Of a DNA stretch of 30,496 nt, positions 17,540 to 26,255 are shown piece after piece. Location of the stretch: contig JAGOJI010000018.1 of the NCBI GenBank assembly GCA_017995195.1, positions 1-30,496 on the forward strand, given 5' to 3'. The translations under genes and the position numbers were made by a program. Source of the DNA: Cloacibacterium sp. GTDB taxonomy: Bacteria > Bacteroidota > Bacteroidia > Flavobacteriales > Weeksellaceae. The notes under the pieces are model-generated. The model was not told the DNA's origin. It saw only the letters and a program-made list of their open reading frames with translations, and ran no database searches. How positions within the stretch are numbered: the stretch's first letter is position 1; every line of letters begins with the position of its first letter.

Positions 17540-17552
17540 AATACATTTTTTT

Positions 17553-20138
17553 TTAGAAAGGAAATCCAAACGCAAAATTCCAAGTGGGTTGAAGTGGTTT
17601 TATTTTACCAATTCTCCATCTCTCTCCCTGAGGCATATTAGGATCGTACATTTTATATGCCCAATCCATTCTCAATGTCATATAGGCAATATTAATCCTA
17701 AGTCCAAAACCGCTACCAACACCCATTTGCGAAAGGAATTTATTGAATTTAAACTGATCTCCAATTCCGTTATCCTTCAAACTCCAGATGTTTCCGGCAT
17801 CTGTAAAAACGGCCCCGTGAAACATTTTATTGATAGGAAATCGGTATTCTATACTGGAAGTGAGTTTTATATTATCCATGGTATAGGAGCGAATACGAAC
17901 ATCTGCCTGTGAATCCGATGGCCCCAATCCACTAAATGCTCTCCATGCCCTAATGTCATACGAACCACCATTAAAATATGATCGTACAAAAGGCATTTGC
18001 GATGAATTGCCATAAGGGATTCCTATTCCTATAAATTGCCGTAAAGCTAAGGTATGTTTTTCGTTGAAGAAAGTAAAGTATTTCCTTACATCGATATCGA
18101 ATTTAGCAAATTGTGAGTACGGAATTTTAAAAATCGTTTTAGGGTTGTCTATTACTCCTACTTCGGCTTCCTGAGCATCGAACAAACTAAAAATATTACC
18201 GGCAAATTCAGCTTTTATATTGATGGAAAATGGATTTTTGAACTCTTTTTTACCAATTTCGTTATAAATAAAGTTATAAATCAACGAAGAGATAATGACA
18301 TCTTGCGTTTGTCGGTCTTTGTTGAGTAATGATTGTTTGAAGAGTGTCAGCAAATCTGCATTACTTCCGCTAAGTCCCGCTTGAAATGCTTCATCATTCA
18401 AAAGCATTTTAGACAATTCATCAATACTCATACCTTCAAGAAATTGCGTTGCTGCTGCCGGATTGCTTGCAAAGTATAAGGTAAACATTTCATAGGCTAT
18501 TTCTCTGTCTCTGGGGAAATAGTCGTAGTATTTATCTTTATTTTGTGTAAAACTAAACTGGGTATTCAGTATCGTGAAGCGATGTGAAACCCTATCATTG
18601 ATATTAAGATTGTAGTTGATTCCTCCATTGAAGTTGATTCTTCCCAAACCAATATTATTCTGAATAGAGGTTCCTAAATTAATAACCGTAGAAGGAGAAT
18701 ATCTTTTGGGCAAAATATTGGAAACATACGGCATCATAAGCCTTGGAATAGATAAATTGGCTTGAGCCGATAGCTCATAAGCATTGAAAAATTTATTTTT
18801 AGATGGATCTTCGCTATCTTTAACAGTCCCTATAATTCCACTAAAACTAATCCCCAAGTTCTCGGCTCCACCAAACACATTTCTGGTAGTAAATTCAACA
18901 GAAGGCGAAAATCCAAAATTAAGAATTTGAGAATAGTGAACATCAAACGCTCCCTTAATTTGGTATCTTGGAAGAGGTTTCAGTATATATCGTATATCAA
19001 GAATACTATCATTGGGAGCTGTACGCAATTTCTCGGTATTAGAATTTACAATACTAAAATTGTTAAGAGCAATGAGATTTCTTTTGGTAAGCTCTAAGGC
19101 CTTAGGTTCGTATATTTTACCCGATTCTACAATAATGGGCGACCAAAAAGTTTTGTTTTTATAATTGTTTTCCTTTTTATAAAAATTAATTCCTTTATAG
19201 GTTTCTTTTTTAACATCGGCTGTGTCTATAGGATTTTCTAAGATGTATACATCTACGTTTCCTATAGTGGTCTGTTTGTATTTTGTACTATCTTGTCTTC
19301 TTATTTCTAATGTAATGGGTACTTGTTTGGTGCCTTTGAGTGTATCTGCCGTGAAAGAGACTTCTTCATTGGTTCGGTTGAAGCTATAGTAACCCCTTTC
19401 ACGCATGAGGTCGTTCAATCTTTTTACCTCTTTCTCCAAGTTCTCCTGATCCAGTATTTTACCGGACTTTACAAAACTTTCTTTTACGGTTTGTTCATAA
19501 ATATTTTTGATATTACCATACGGAATATCGTAGAAATAATCTTTGATATAGGTAGGGTCATTGTTGGTAATAATATAGTTGGCAGTAGCTTTTTTAGCAG
19601 CAGAATCCAACTTGTGATTGTATTTTACATTGGCGTCCCAATATCCCTTATAGGTCAAAAAATCTTCTATAGCTTTTGCACTTTTCGTAGTTTTCGACTG
19701 GTCCAGAATCACGGGAGCTTGCCCGAAAAAATGAAAAGTTCTATCTAACCAAAGACTTTTCCCCACATATTCGGGATGACCGTGTTTTACAAATAGGGAA
19801 TCCCTTAGTTTTTGGTTTTTCATATTATCGGGATACGTATTATACTCATTCAAAATGGTGTCGTACTTAGGATTGGCTAAATTGTAAATCCAAAGCTGAA
19901 GAGGTACAAGGTAAAACGATAATGCAACTTTACTGTTGGGTTTTTGAGAAACAAAATTGGGGATTCGGTCTGCAAAAAGTTTTCCATCGGTAAATTCGAA
20001 TTTATTTTTGGTCAAAAGATATTCTCCCTTGGGTACTTTTCTTGTGCTACACGCATACAGCAGAAAAAGAAGCATTATTGCAAATGCAAAAAATAAATAA
20101 TACTTTTGAAAATATTTGTTAAAATGCTTACCACTCAT
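17553..20138 (-). CDS. BamA/TamA (Omp85) family outer-membrane protein, putative lipoprotein-type signal
   Basis: 861 aa. N-terminal 'MSGKHFNKYFQKYYLFFAFAIMLLFLLYAC'. Long beta-rich C-terminal half ending in the aromatic terminus '...WNFAFGFPF', typical of Omp85/D15 barrels. Confidence 0.75.
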   Translation of the reverse strand: MSGKHFNKYFQKYYLFFAFAIMLLFLLYACSTRKVPKGEYLLTKNKFEFTDGKLFADRIPNFVSQKPNSKVALSFYLVPLQLWIYNLANPKYDTILNEYNTYPDNMKNQKLRDSLFVKHGHPEYVGKSLWLDRTFHFFGQAPVILDQSKTTKSAKAIEDFLTYKGYWDANVKYNHKLDSAAKKATANYIITNNDPTYIKDYFYDIPYGNIKNIYEQTVKESFVKSGKILDQENLEKEVKRLNDLMRERGYYSFNRTNEEVSFTADTLKGTKQVPITLEIRRQDSTKYKQTTIGNVDVYILENPIDTADVKKETYKGINFYKKENNYKNKTFWSPIIVESGKIYEPKALELTKRNLIALNNFSIVNSNTEKLRTAPNDSILDIRYILKPLPRYQIKGAFDVHYSQILNFGFSPSVEFTTRNVFGGAENLGISFSGIIGTVKDSEDPSKNKFFNAYELSAQANLSIPRLMMPYVSNILPKRYSPSTVINLGTSIQNNIGLGRINFNGGINYNLNINDRVSHRFTILNTQFSFTQNKDKYYDYFPRDREIAYEMFTLYFASNPAAATQFLEGMSIDELSKMLLNDEAFQAGLSGSNADLLTLFKQSLLNKDRQTQDVIISSLIYNFIYNEIGKKEFKNPFSINIKAEFAGNIFSLFDAQEAEVGVIDNPKTIFKIPYSQFAKFDIDVRKYFTFFNEKHTLALRQFIGIGIPYGNSSQMPFVRSYFNGGSYDIRAWRAFSGLGPSDSQADVRIRSYTMDNIKLTSSIEYRFPINKMFHGAVFTDAGNIWSLKDNGIGDQFKFNKFLSQMGVGSGFGLRINIAYMTLRMDWAYKMYDPNMPQGERWRIGKIKPLQPTWNFAFGFPF

Positions 20139-20852
20139 AAAATAAAAGTTTTGCAGTCTTTAGACAAGAAGAAGTTCAGACAAAAATACAATTTGTTTTT
20201 GGTTGAAGGCAACAAAATCATCAGAGAGTTAGAAAATTCGGACTTCGAGGTTCAGGAAATTTTCAGTACCAACTCCCAAGAAATCTCTCTAAAACATACA
20301 CCTATCCACACTATAGAAGAACGCGAACTCAAAAAACTGAGCTTCCTACAGCACCCGAAAGATTCGGTGGCGGTTTGTAAATTGAAAGAGCAAAACCTTA
20401 TACAAGGTTCTAAAATACAAGTGGTTTTAGATGGCGTTCAGGATCCCGGAAATTTAGGCACCATTATTCGATTGGCAGACTGGTTTGGCATAGAGCAAAT
20501 TATCTGTAGCGAAGATACCGTAGACTTCTACAACCCTAAAGTAATACAGGCTTCCATGGGTTCTTTTGCAAGAGTCAATCTTTATTACACCGATTTAATT
20601 TCTTTTTTAGAAACGTCAAAAATCCCTGTTTTGGGAACCGATATGGAAGGAGAAAATCTCTACAAAACCCAATTTCCAGAGTATTTTTACTTAATTTTGG
20701 GAAACGAAGGCAATGGTATCCGCCCCAATGTAAAAAAACTCATTTCTAAAAACATCAGTATCCCTAGGTTTGGCACACAACAGTCTACAGAAAGCCTTAA
20801 TGTTTCTATGGCTACAGGAATTATATTGGGGCATATTTTTTCTCAACAATAA
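20124..20852 (+). CDS. TrmH/SpoU-family RNA 2'-O-methyltransferase
   Basis: SpoU methylase motifs ('LDGVQDPGNLGTIIRLADWFG', 'LILGNEGNGI', 'ESLNVSMATGIILGHI'). The ORF-track start at 20106 is TTG; the ATG lies at 20124. Confidence 0.8.
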   Translation: MLTTHKIKVLQSLDKKKFRQKYNLFLVEGNKIIRELENSDFEVQEIFSTNSQEISLKHTPIHTIEERELKKLSFLQHPKDSVAVCKLKEQNLIQGSKIQVVLDGVQDPGNLGTIIRLADWFGIEQIICSEDTVDFYNPKVIQASMGSFARVNLYYTDLISFLETSKIPVLGTDMEGENLYKTQFPEYFYLILGNEGNGIRPNVKKLISKNISIPRFGTQQSTESLNVSMATGIILGHIFSQQ

Positions 20853-20873
20853 AATTCTTTGTTTCATATAATT

Positions 20874-20912
20874 TCAAAAAAAGTCCCAACTTTCGTCGGG
20901 ACTTTCCTTTTT
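20874..20912. terminator. Bidirectional rho-independent terminator between convergent trmH-family gene and EF-G paralog
   Basis: aaaaaa-AAGTCCCAAC-tttc-GTCGGGACTT-tccttttt. 10-bp stem with one mismatch, flanked by an A-run and a T-run. Confidence 0.6.
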
Positions 20913-20923
20913 AATTAAATAGA

Positions 20924-23050
20924 TTACATTTCTGCCAAAACAGAATTTTTTTTCACCAATTCCTGTTGTACATTCATAGGAACCAGTTGATAGTCGGAAA
21001 ATTTCATTGTAAATTTCGCTCTTCCTTGTGTAATGGAACGCAAATGCGAACCATAGTCGTGCATTTCTGCCAATGGAATCTCTGTCAATATTTTTTGATA
21101 ATGCCCTTCAGTATCCATTCCGTGGATAGTAGCTCTTCGGGTTTGCAAATCGCCCATTACATCGCCCGTAACTGCCTCCGGACAAAGAATTTCTACCTTA
21201 TACATAGGTTCCAGCAACTGCGGAGAAGACCTATGAAAAGCCTCTTTGAAAGCTCCCGATGCCGCCAATTGGAAAGAAATATCATTGCTGTCTACACTGT
21301 GCATTTTACCATCGTACACCGAAACTCTGATGTTCTGACAACAAGAACCGGTGAGTGGACCTTCCTTCATCTGTTGCATAATTCCTTTTTTTATGGCTCC
21401 TATATATCGATTATCAATAGCTCCTCCCACAATACACCAGTAGAAAGCCAATTTCCCGCCCCATGGCAAATCCTCTATCTCTTTTTGGCGAATGTTTACT
21501 CCTTCGGGTTCCGGCATGCCTTCGTAGTAATTTTCTACACGCAGGTGTATCTCGCCAAACTGCCCTGCTCCTCCACTTTGTTTCTTGTGTCGGTAGTCGG
21601 CATCAGCTTTTCCGGTAATGGTTTCTCTATAAGGAATTTTAGGGTTTTCGAAAATCATTTTTACCCCAAATTCTTTTTCTATTCGGTATTTTATTAAATC
21701 TAAATGAAGTTGGCCTTGCCCATAAACAATGGTTTGATGAAGCTCTGCCGATTGCTCTAATTGAAGCGTTGGGTCTTCTTCCTGTATTTGATGTAAAGCC
21801 TTGATGAGCTTCTCCATATCGGTTGTATTTTCGCTATAAACAGCCTTTCTTATTCTGCTTTCAGGAAAAACCATAGGCTTTATTTTTCTTTCGACTCCTT
21901 TTGCATTCAAGGTTTGGTTGGAGTGTGCCGATTTTAGTTTTACCATAACTCCCAAATCTCCTGCACAGAGTTTATCTACAGGTGTCCTCTCCTTCCCTTC
22001 GGCTACATAAAGCTGAGAAATCCTTTCTGTTTCTCCATTTTGAGCGTTTACCAATTCATCTCCCGCCTTCAGTTCTCCGGAAAATACTTTAAAATACGAA
22101 ACCATACCTACCTGAGGCTCAGAAAGTGTCTTGTAAATGAAAATAGTGGTTTTATCATTGGAATCACATTTAAGGACTTCTCCATTTTCCAATGCTTTGC
22201 CCGGTCTATCTGCCGGAGAAGGAGCAATATCGTGTATAAAGCCCATAATTCTGCCACTTCCCATATCTTTAAGCCCTGAAGCACAAAATACAGGATAAAA
22301 TTGCTGATGTGCCAGTGCTACCGTAAGCCCTTTGGCAAGTTCCCCCTCACTGAGATTACCTTCCTCAAAGTATTTTTCCATCAATCCTTCTTCGTTTTCA
22401 GCGGCAATTTCCACCAAAGCATTGTGCATTTCGTTAGCTTTTGTTATTTCAGACTCAGGGATAGGTTTCTTCTCCGGTTTTCCACCATTAGCAGGAAACT
22501 CGTACATTACCATTCTCAGCGTATCAATAATAGCATTGAATCCTTCTCCTGAGCTATAAGGATATTGTACAGGAACCACTTTACTGCCAAATCTTTCCTT
22601 AGCTTGCTCCAAAGTCGTGTCAAAATCTGCTTTGGGGTGATCCATTTGGTTGATTACAAAAATAGAAGGCGTTTTGTAATTTTGAACATATTCCCAAACA
22701 ATTTCCGTACCTACCTCTACTCCGGAGGAGGCATTAAGTAAAATCAATGCGGTATCTGCTACTTTGAGCGAAGAAACTACTTCGCCAATAAAATCATCAA
22801 ATCCAGGCGTATCAATCACATTAATTTTATTGTTGTGCCATTGTACAAACATTTGATGGGAATAAATGGTGTTTTCGCGTTCGTGTTCAATATCGGTATA
22901 ATCTGAAACGGTATTGTGCCCTTCTACCGTACCACGACGCTTAATTGCCCCGCCCTCGTATAACATGGTCTCTATAAACGTAGTTTTTCCACTACCGGAA
23001 TGCCCGAGTAGAACTACATTTCTAAGGTCTTTAGTGTTTGTAGTCATCAT
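20924..23050 (-). CDS. Elongation factor G family GTPase (EF-G paralog, 708 aa)
   Basis: G1 'LLGHSGSGKTT', G3 'DTPGFDDF', G4 'NQMD'. Full five-domain length with the EF-G C-terminal region. The P-loop differs from canonical fusA (AHIDAGKTT), so this is likely a second EF-G-like paralog. Confidence 0.8.
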   Translation of the reverse strand: MMTTNTKDLRNVVLLGHSGSGKTTFIETMLYEGGAIKRRGTVEGHNTVSDYTDIEHERENTIYSHQMFVQWHNNKINVIDTPGFDDFIGEVVSSLKVADTALILLNASSGVEVGTEIVWEYVQNYKTPSIFVINQMDHPKADFDTTLEQAKERFGSKVVPVQYPYSSGEGFNAIIDTLRMVMYEFPANGGKPEKKPIPESEITKANEMHNALVEIAAENEEGLMEKYFEEGNLSEGELAKGLTVALAHQQFYPVFCASGLKDMGSGRIMGFIHDIAPSPADRPGKALENGEVLKCDSNDKTTIFIYKTLSEPQVGMVSYFKVFSGELKAGDELVNAQNGETERISQLYVAEGKERTPVDKLCAGDLGVMVKLKSAHSNQTLNAKGVERKIKPMVFPESRIRKAVYSENTTDMEKLIKALHQIQEEDPTLQLEQSAELHQTIVYGQGQLHLDLIKYRIEKEFGVKMIFENPKIPYRETITGKADADYRHKKQSGGAGQFGEIHLRVENYYEGMPEPEGVNIRQKEIEDLPWGGKLAFYWCIVGGAIDNRYIGAIKKGIMQQMKEGPLTGSCCQNIRVSVYDGKMHSVDSNDISFQLAASGAFKEAFHRSSPQLLEPMYKVEILCPEAVTGDVMGDLQTRRATIHGMDTEGHYQKILTEIPLAEMHDYGSHLRSITQGRAKFTMKFSDYQLVPMNVQQELVKKNSVLAEM

Positions 23051-23084
23051 CTTTTATTTTTTATAATTATTTGTATCATCAATA

Positions 23085-23138
23085 GTCAAAATCATCTGTT
23101 TCACTTGTCCTTATAGACGCTTTCTATCTGATTTTGAC
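23085..23138. promoter_or_regulatory. Inverted repeat GTCAAAATCA-N34-TGATTTTGAC in the 5' region of the EF-G paralog
   Basis: 10-bp perfect inverted repeat read from the sequence, 35-90 nt upstream of the ATG at 23050 (minus strand). This region also serves the divergent rsmG. Confidence 0.3.
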
Positions 23139-23333
23139 ACAGTTAAATTAATAAGATCTCTAATGACAACCACCATAAAAAGACATGATTTTTTATAGGT
23201 TTTTTAAATTTGTTTTACTCTCTATAAAAATAATAGAGAAATACAAGTTGTAAAGACATTAAAGATTGATGGTTCTCCATACCAAACCTCTAACGACTTC
23301 CCCCTACAATTCCTATAATAAAAAAATCTTGAC

Positions 23334-23341
23334 TATTTTTG
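23334..23341 (+). promoter_or_regulatory. Bacteroidota-type -7 promoter box TATTTTTG (TAnnTTTG) upstream of rsmG
   Basis: Matches the TAnnTTTG consensus and lies about 20 nt upstream of the ATG at 23361. Confidence 0.35.
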
Positions 23342-23360
23342 CACCAATAAATACCAATAT

Positions 23361-23996
23361 ATGTCGGCAGCACTTGTTTCTCAATACTTTCCTGATCTTA
23401 CACAACAACAAAAATCCCAATTTGCTCAGCTCGAAGAACTCTATACTGAATGGAACGAAAAAATAAACGTTATCTCTAGAAAAGATATGGGTAGCCTTTA
23501 TGAAAAACACGTTTTGCATTCTTTGGGCATCGCCAAAATAATGACCTTCGAAAAAGGGACAAGAGTACTCGACATAGGAACAGGTGGCGGATTTCCCGGA
23601 ATTCCTTTAGCTATTTTATTCCCCGAAGTACATTTTACCTTAATTGACAGTATTGGTAAAAAAATAACGGTAGTAGAAGCCGTGACAGAAGGTTTAGGAC
23701 TTAAAAACATAAAAACCGTTCATGGCAGAGCAGAAAACCTAAAAGAAAAGTTCCATTTCGTAGTCAGCAGAGCTGTAACACAGATGCCTGTATTCTTAAC
23801 TTGGCTAAAAGGAAAGTTTGAAAAAGACCAATTCAACAGCAAACACAACGGTGTTTTGTATCTTAAGGGTGGAGATTTAGGTGAGGAATTAGCAGGAATT
23901 AAATGTGAAATCCATCAATTAAAAAATCATTTTGACGGAGATTTTTTTGAAACAAAAAAAGTAGTATACCTGTCGAAAGGAAATTTCAATTCGTAA
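23361..23996 (+). CDS. rsmG: 16S rRNA (guanine527-N7)-methyltransferase
   Basis: 'HVLHSLGIA...VLDIGTGGGFPGIPLAILFPEVHFTLIDSIGKKI...NIKTVHGRAE'. GidB family, 211 aa. Confidence 0.9.
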   Translation: MSAALVSQYFPDLTQQQKSQFAQLEELYTEWNEKINVISRKDMGSLYEKHVLHSLGIAKIMTFEKGTRVLDIGTGGGFPGIPLAILFPEVHFTLIDSIGKKITVVEAVTEGLGLKNIKTVHGRAENLKEKFHFVVSRAVTQMPVFLTWLKGKFEKDQFNSKHNGVLYLKGGDLGEELAGIKCEIHQLKNHFDGDFFETKKVVYLSKGNFNS

Positions 23997-24066
23997 AAAA
24001 TTGAATTTTAAAGAATTTTTGCATAGTTTTTGATTCATAGAAAACAACATTCAAATATTTAAAAAT

Positions 24067-24534
24067 ATGAAAAAACTTTTTTTATCTGTACTATGTGCAG
24101 GATTGGTTGCCGTAAGTTGTAAGAAAAATGAAGAAAAATCTATTGAAACAGCAAAAACAGAGACTTCTGCTCCTACTGATAGCTTGAGCACAAAAAATAT
24201 ACCTTTAGGAGACACCACCGAAAATGCGGTAGACTGGGACGGAACCTACGAAGGGACAATCCCATGTGCAAGTTGTCCGGGAATTGAAATGAAACTAACC
24301 CTTAAAAATGATAAAACCTATGAACTAACTTCTGTATACCAAGAAGAAAAAGAAGGAAAGTTTGAAGACAAAGGTACCTTTGAGTTTAGTAAAGACGGTT
24401 CTTTTATCACTTTAAAAGATGCCAAAGATCCTAAAGAAGAAAAAGTATTTTTCGTAACCGAAGGTTCTGTATTTATGGCTGAAAAAGTAGGAGATAACTC
24501 TGCAAAAAAAGAATATAAATTAACTAAAAAATAA
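24067..24534 (+). CDS. NlpE-N-terminal-domain-like lipoprotein (copper-resistance/envelope-stress family)
   Basis: Lipoprotein signal 'MKKLFLSVLCAGLVAVSC'. Motif 'DWDGTYEGTIPCASCPGIEMKLTLKNDKTYEL', typical of NlpE_N (CxxC). Confidence 0.6.
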   Translation: MKKLFLSVLCAGLVAVSCKKNEEKSIETAKTETSAPTDSLSTKNIPLGDTTENAVDWDGTYEGTIPCASCPGIEMKLTLKNDKTYELTSVYQEEKEGKFEDKGTFEFSKDGSFITLKDAKDPKEEKVFFVTEGSVFMAEKVGDNSAKKEYKLTKK

Positions 24535-24553
24535 TTTTAGTTCTTAATAAAAT

Positions 24554-24586
24554 AAAAAAGGCTCGAAAAAATTTCGAGCCTTTTTT
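24554..24586. terminator. Bidirectional terminator shared by the nlpE-like CDS and convergent tRNA-Ala
   Basis: aaaaaa-GGCTCGAAA-aaa-TTTCGAGCC-tttttt. Confidence 0.65.
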
Positions 24587-24587
24587 G

Positions 24588-24661
24588 TGGAGGATATCGG
24601 GATCGAACCGACCACCTCTTGACTGCCAGTCAAACGCTCTAGCCAGATGAGCTAATCCCCC
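24588..24661 (-). tRNA. tRNA-Ala (anticodon GGC)
   Basis: Reverse complement GGGGGAT-TA-GCTC-ATCTGGCTA-GAGC-G-TTTGA-CTGGCAG-TCAAG-AGGTG-GTCGG-TTCGATC-CCGAT-ATCCTCC-A. Cloverleaf with a G3:U70 wobble (Ala identity element), U33, A37, and a TTCGATC T-loop. CCA is not encoded. Confidence 0.8.
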
Positions 24662-24761
24662 AAAAAGTTTTGCAATTTTAAAGAATTTATTTGACACACA
24701 CAATACTCAGGAACAATTCTACCCTATTTTTTAAATAATAATTTTTTATTTTTGGCAAATC

Positions 24762-25295
24762 ATGAAAAAGTTTTTATTTCTATCTCTTACAGCAATGGTT
24801 TTGTGGTCTTGTGGAACATCACAAAAAACCACTTCCTACAAAAAACCAACAAGTTCTAAAAATTTGGCACTGCGAAATTTAAAATCAACTTCTTCTTACA
24901 CCAAAAATTCCGGTACAGTAAACAATCTCCTAAATAGTGCCGAAAATTATTTAGGCTCTCCTTACAAATATGGTGGAAATGCTGCCACAGGCTTCGATTG
25001 TTCCGGATTTGTGTGTAAAGTTTTTGATGAAAACAATATGAAATTGAGCAGAAGATCTGCCGACCAAGCAAAAGAAGGAAAAGCCATCGACATTAGTGAA
25101 GCAAAAGCAGGCGATTTATTGTTTTTTGCAACTTCCGGTGCAGGAAAAATTTCACACGTAGGCATTGTGCATCAAATAGAAAACAATGGCGAGGTAAAAT
25201 TCATCCATGCCTCTACCAGCAAGGGCGTTATTATCTCTTCACTTAACGAAACCTATTGGAATAAAGCATTTTTATTTGCAAGAAGACTTCTTTAA
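24762..25295 (+). CDS. C40 family (NlpC/P60) peptidoglycan peptidase lipoprotein
   Basis: Lipoprotein signal 'MKKFLFLSLTAMVLWSC'. 'YKYGGNAATGFDCSGFVCKVF' (catalytic Cys), 'ISHVGIV' (His). Confidence 0.8.
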   Translation: MKKFLFLSLTAMVLWSCGTSQKTTSYKKPTSSKNLALRNLKSTSSYTKNSGTVNNLLNSAENYLGSPYKYGGNAATGFDCSGFVCKVFDENNMKLSRRSADQAKEGKAIDISEAKAGDLLFFATSGAGKISHVGIVHQIENNGEVKFIHASTSKGVIISSLNETYWNKAFLFARRLL

Positions 25296-25350
25296 TTTTT
25301 GTAAATTTGTGCGAATTATCATAATATCATTAATCAATTAAAAATCAATA

Positions 25351-26163
25351 ATGAACTTACAACAAACCATTGAACAAGCATGGGACAACAGAGAACTGTT
25401 GCAGCAAGAAGAATATCAAAATGCCGTAAAATCCGTTATCAAAGAACTCGACTTGGGTAATTTGAGAGTAGCACAACCCACTGAAAGTGGTTGGAAAGTT
25501 AACGAATGGGTAAAAAAAGCAGTAGTAATGTATTTCCCGATTCAGAAAATGGAAACCATTGAAGTAGGTCCGTTTGAATTTCACGACAAAATCCCTCTAA
25601 AACGCAACTACGCCGAAAAAGGGGTAAGAGTTGTCCCTCACGCTGTAGCACGCGAAGGTGCTTTTATAGCTTCAGGAGTTATTTTGATGCCTTCTTACGT
25701 GAACATCGGTGCTTATGTAGACAGTGGAACTATGGTAGATACTTGGGCTACTGTAGGAAGTTGTGCCCAAATAGGAAAAGATGTACACTTAAGCGGAGGT
25801 GTAGGTATTGGTGGGGTTTTGGAGCCATTACAAGCCGCACCTGTCATTATTGAAGACAATGTTTTCGTAGGTTCGAGATGTATTGTTGTAGAAGGCGTTC
25901 ACGTAGAAAAAGAGGCCGTTTTGGGAGCAAATGTTGTACTTACGGCTTCTACCAAAATTATAGATGTAACAGGCGAAAAACCTATAGAGCTCAAAGGCAG
26001 AGTTCCGGCTCGCTCGGTAGTAATTCCCGGAAGCTATACCAAACAGTTTCCTGCCGGAGAATATCAAGTTCCGTGTGCTTTAATCATTGGGCAAAGAAAA
26101 GAATCTACCGACAAGAAAACCTCTCTGAACGATGCTTTGAGAGAAAACAATGTTGCTGTATAA
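25351..26163 (+). CDS. dapD: 2,3,4,5-tetrahydropyridine-2,6-dicarboxylate N-succinyltransferase
   Basis: Left-handed beta-helix hexapeptide repeats ('GAYVDSGTMVDTWATVGSCAQIGKDVHLSGGVGIGGVLEP'). About 270-aa short-form DapD typical of Bacteroidota. Confidence 0.85.
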   Translation: MNLQQTIEQAWDNRELLQQEEYQNAVKSVIKELDLGNLRVAQPTESGWKVNEWVKKAVVMYFPIQKMETIEVGPFEFHDKIPLKRNYAEKGVRVVPHAVAREGAFIASGVILMPSYVNIGAYVDSGTMVDTWATVGSCAQIGKDVHLSGGVGIGGVLEPLQAAPVIIEDNVFVGSRCIVVEGVHVEKEAVLGANVVLTASTKIIDVTGEKPIELKGRVPARSVVIPGSYTKQFPAGEYQVPCALIIGQRKESTDKKTSLNDALRENNVAV

Positions 26164-26255
26164 ATCTACCGAGTTTTTTTTAAGCGATATATCAAGAGTG
26201 AAGTTATTTATCTCAGCAGAAAATAGCTTCGCTTCTATTAAAGTTGTACAACTCT

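Noticed and set aside
20966-22559. Several 75-243-aa plus-strand ORFs inside the EF-G paralog gene
   Set aside because: All are antisense to a full-length, well-conserved GTPase CDS and are Cys/Arg/Phe-rich nonsense.
20924-23050. Possibility that the EF-G-like gene is a Tet(Q/M)-type ribosomal protection determinant
   Set aside because: 708 aa is EF-G length, against about 640-660 aa for ribosomal protection proteins. The N-terminal motifs differ from the NIGILAHVDAGKTT of Tet(M/O/Q). There is no mobile-element context. Not excluded without phylogeny.
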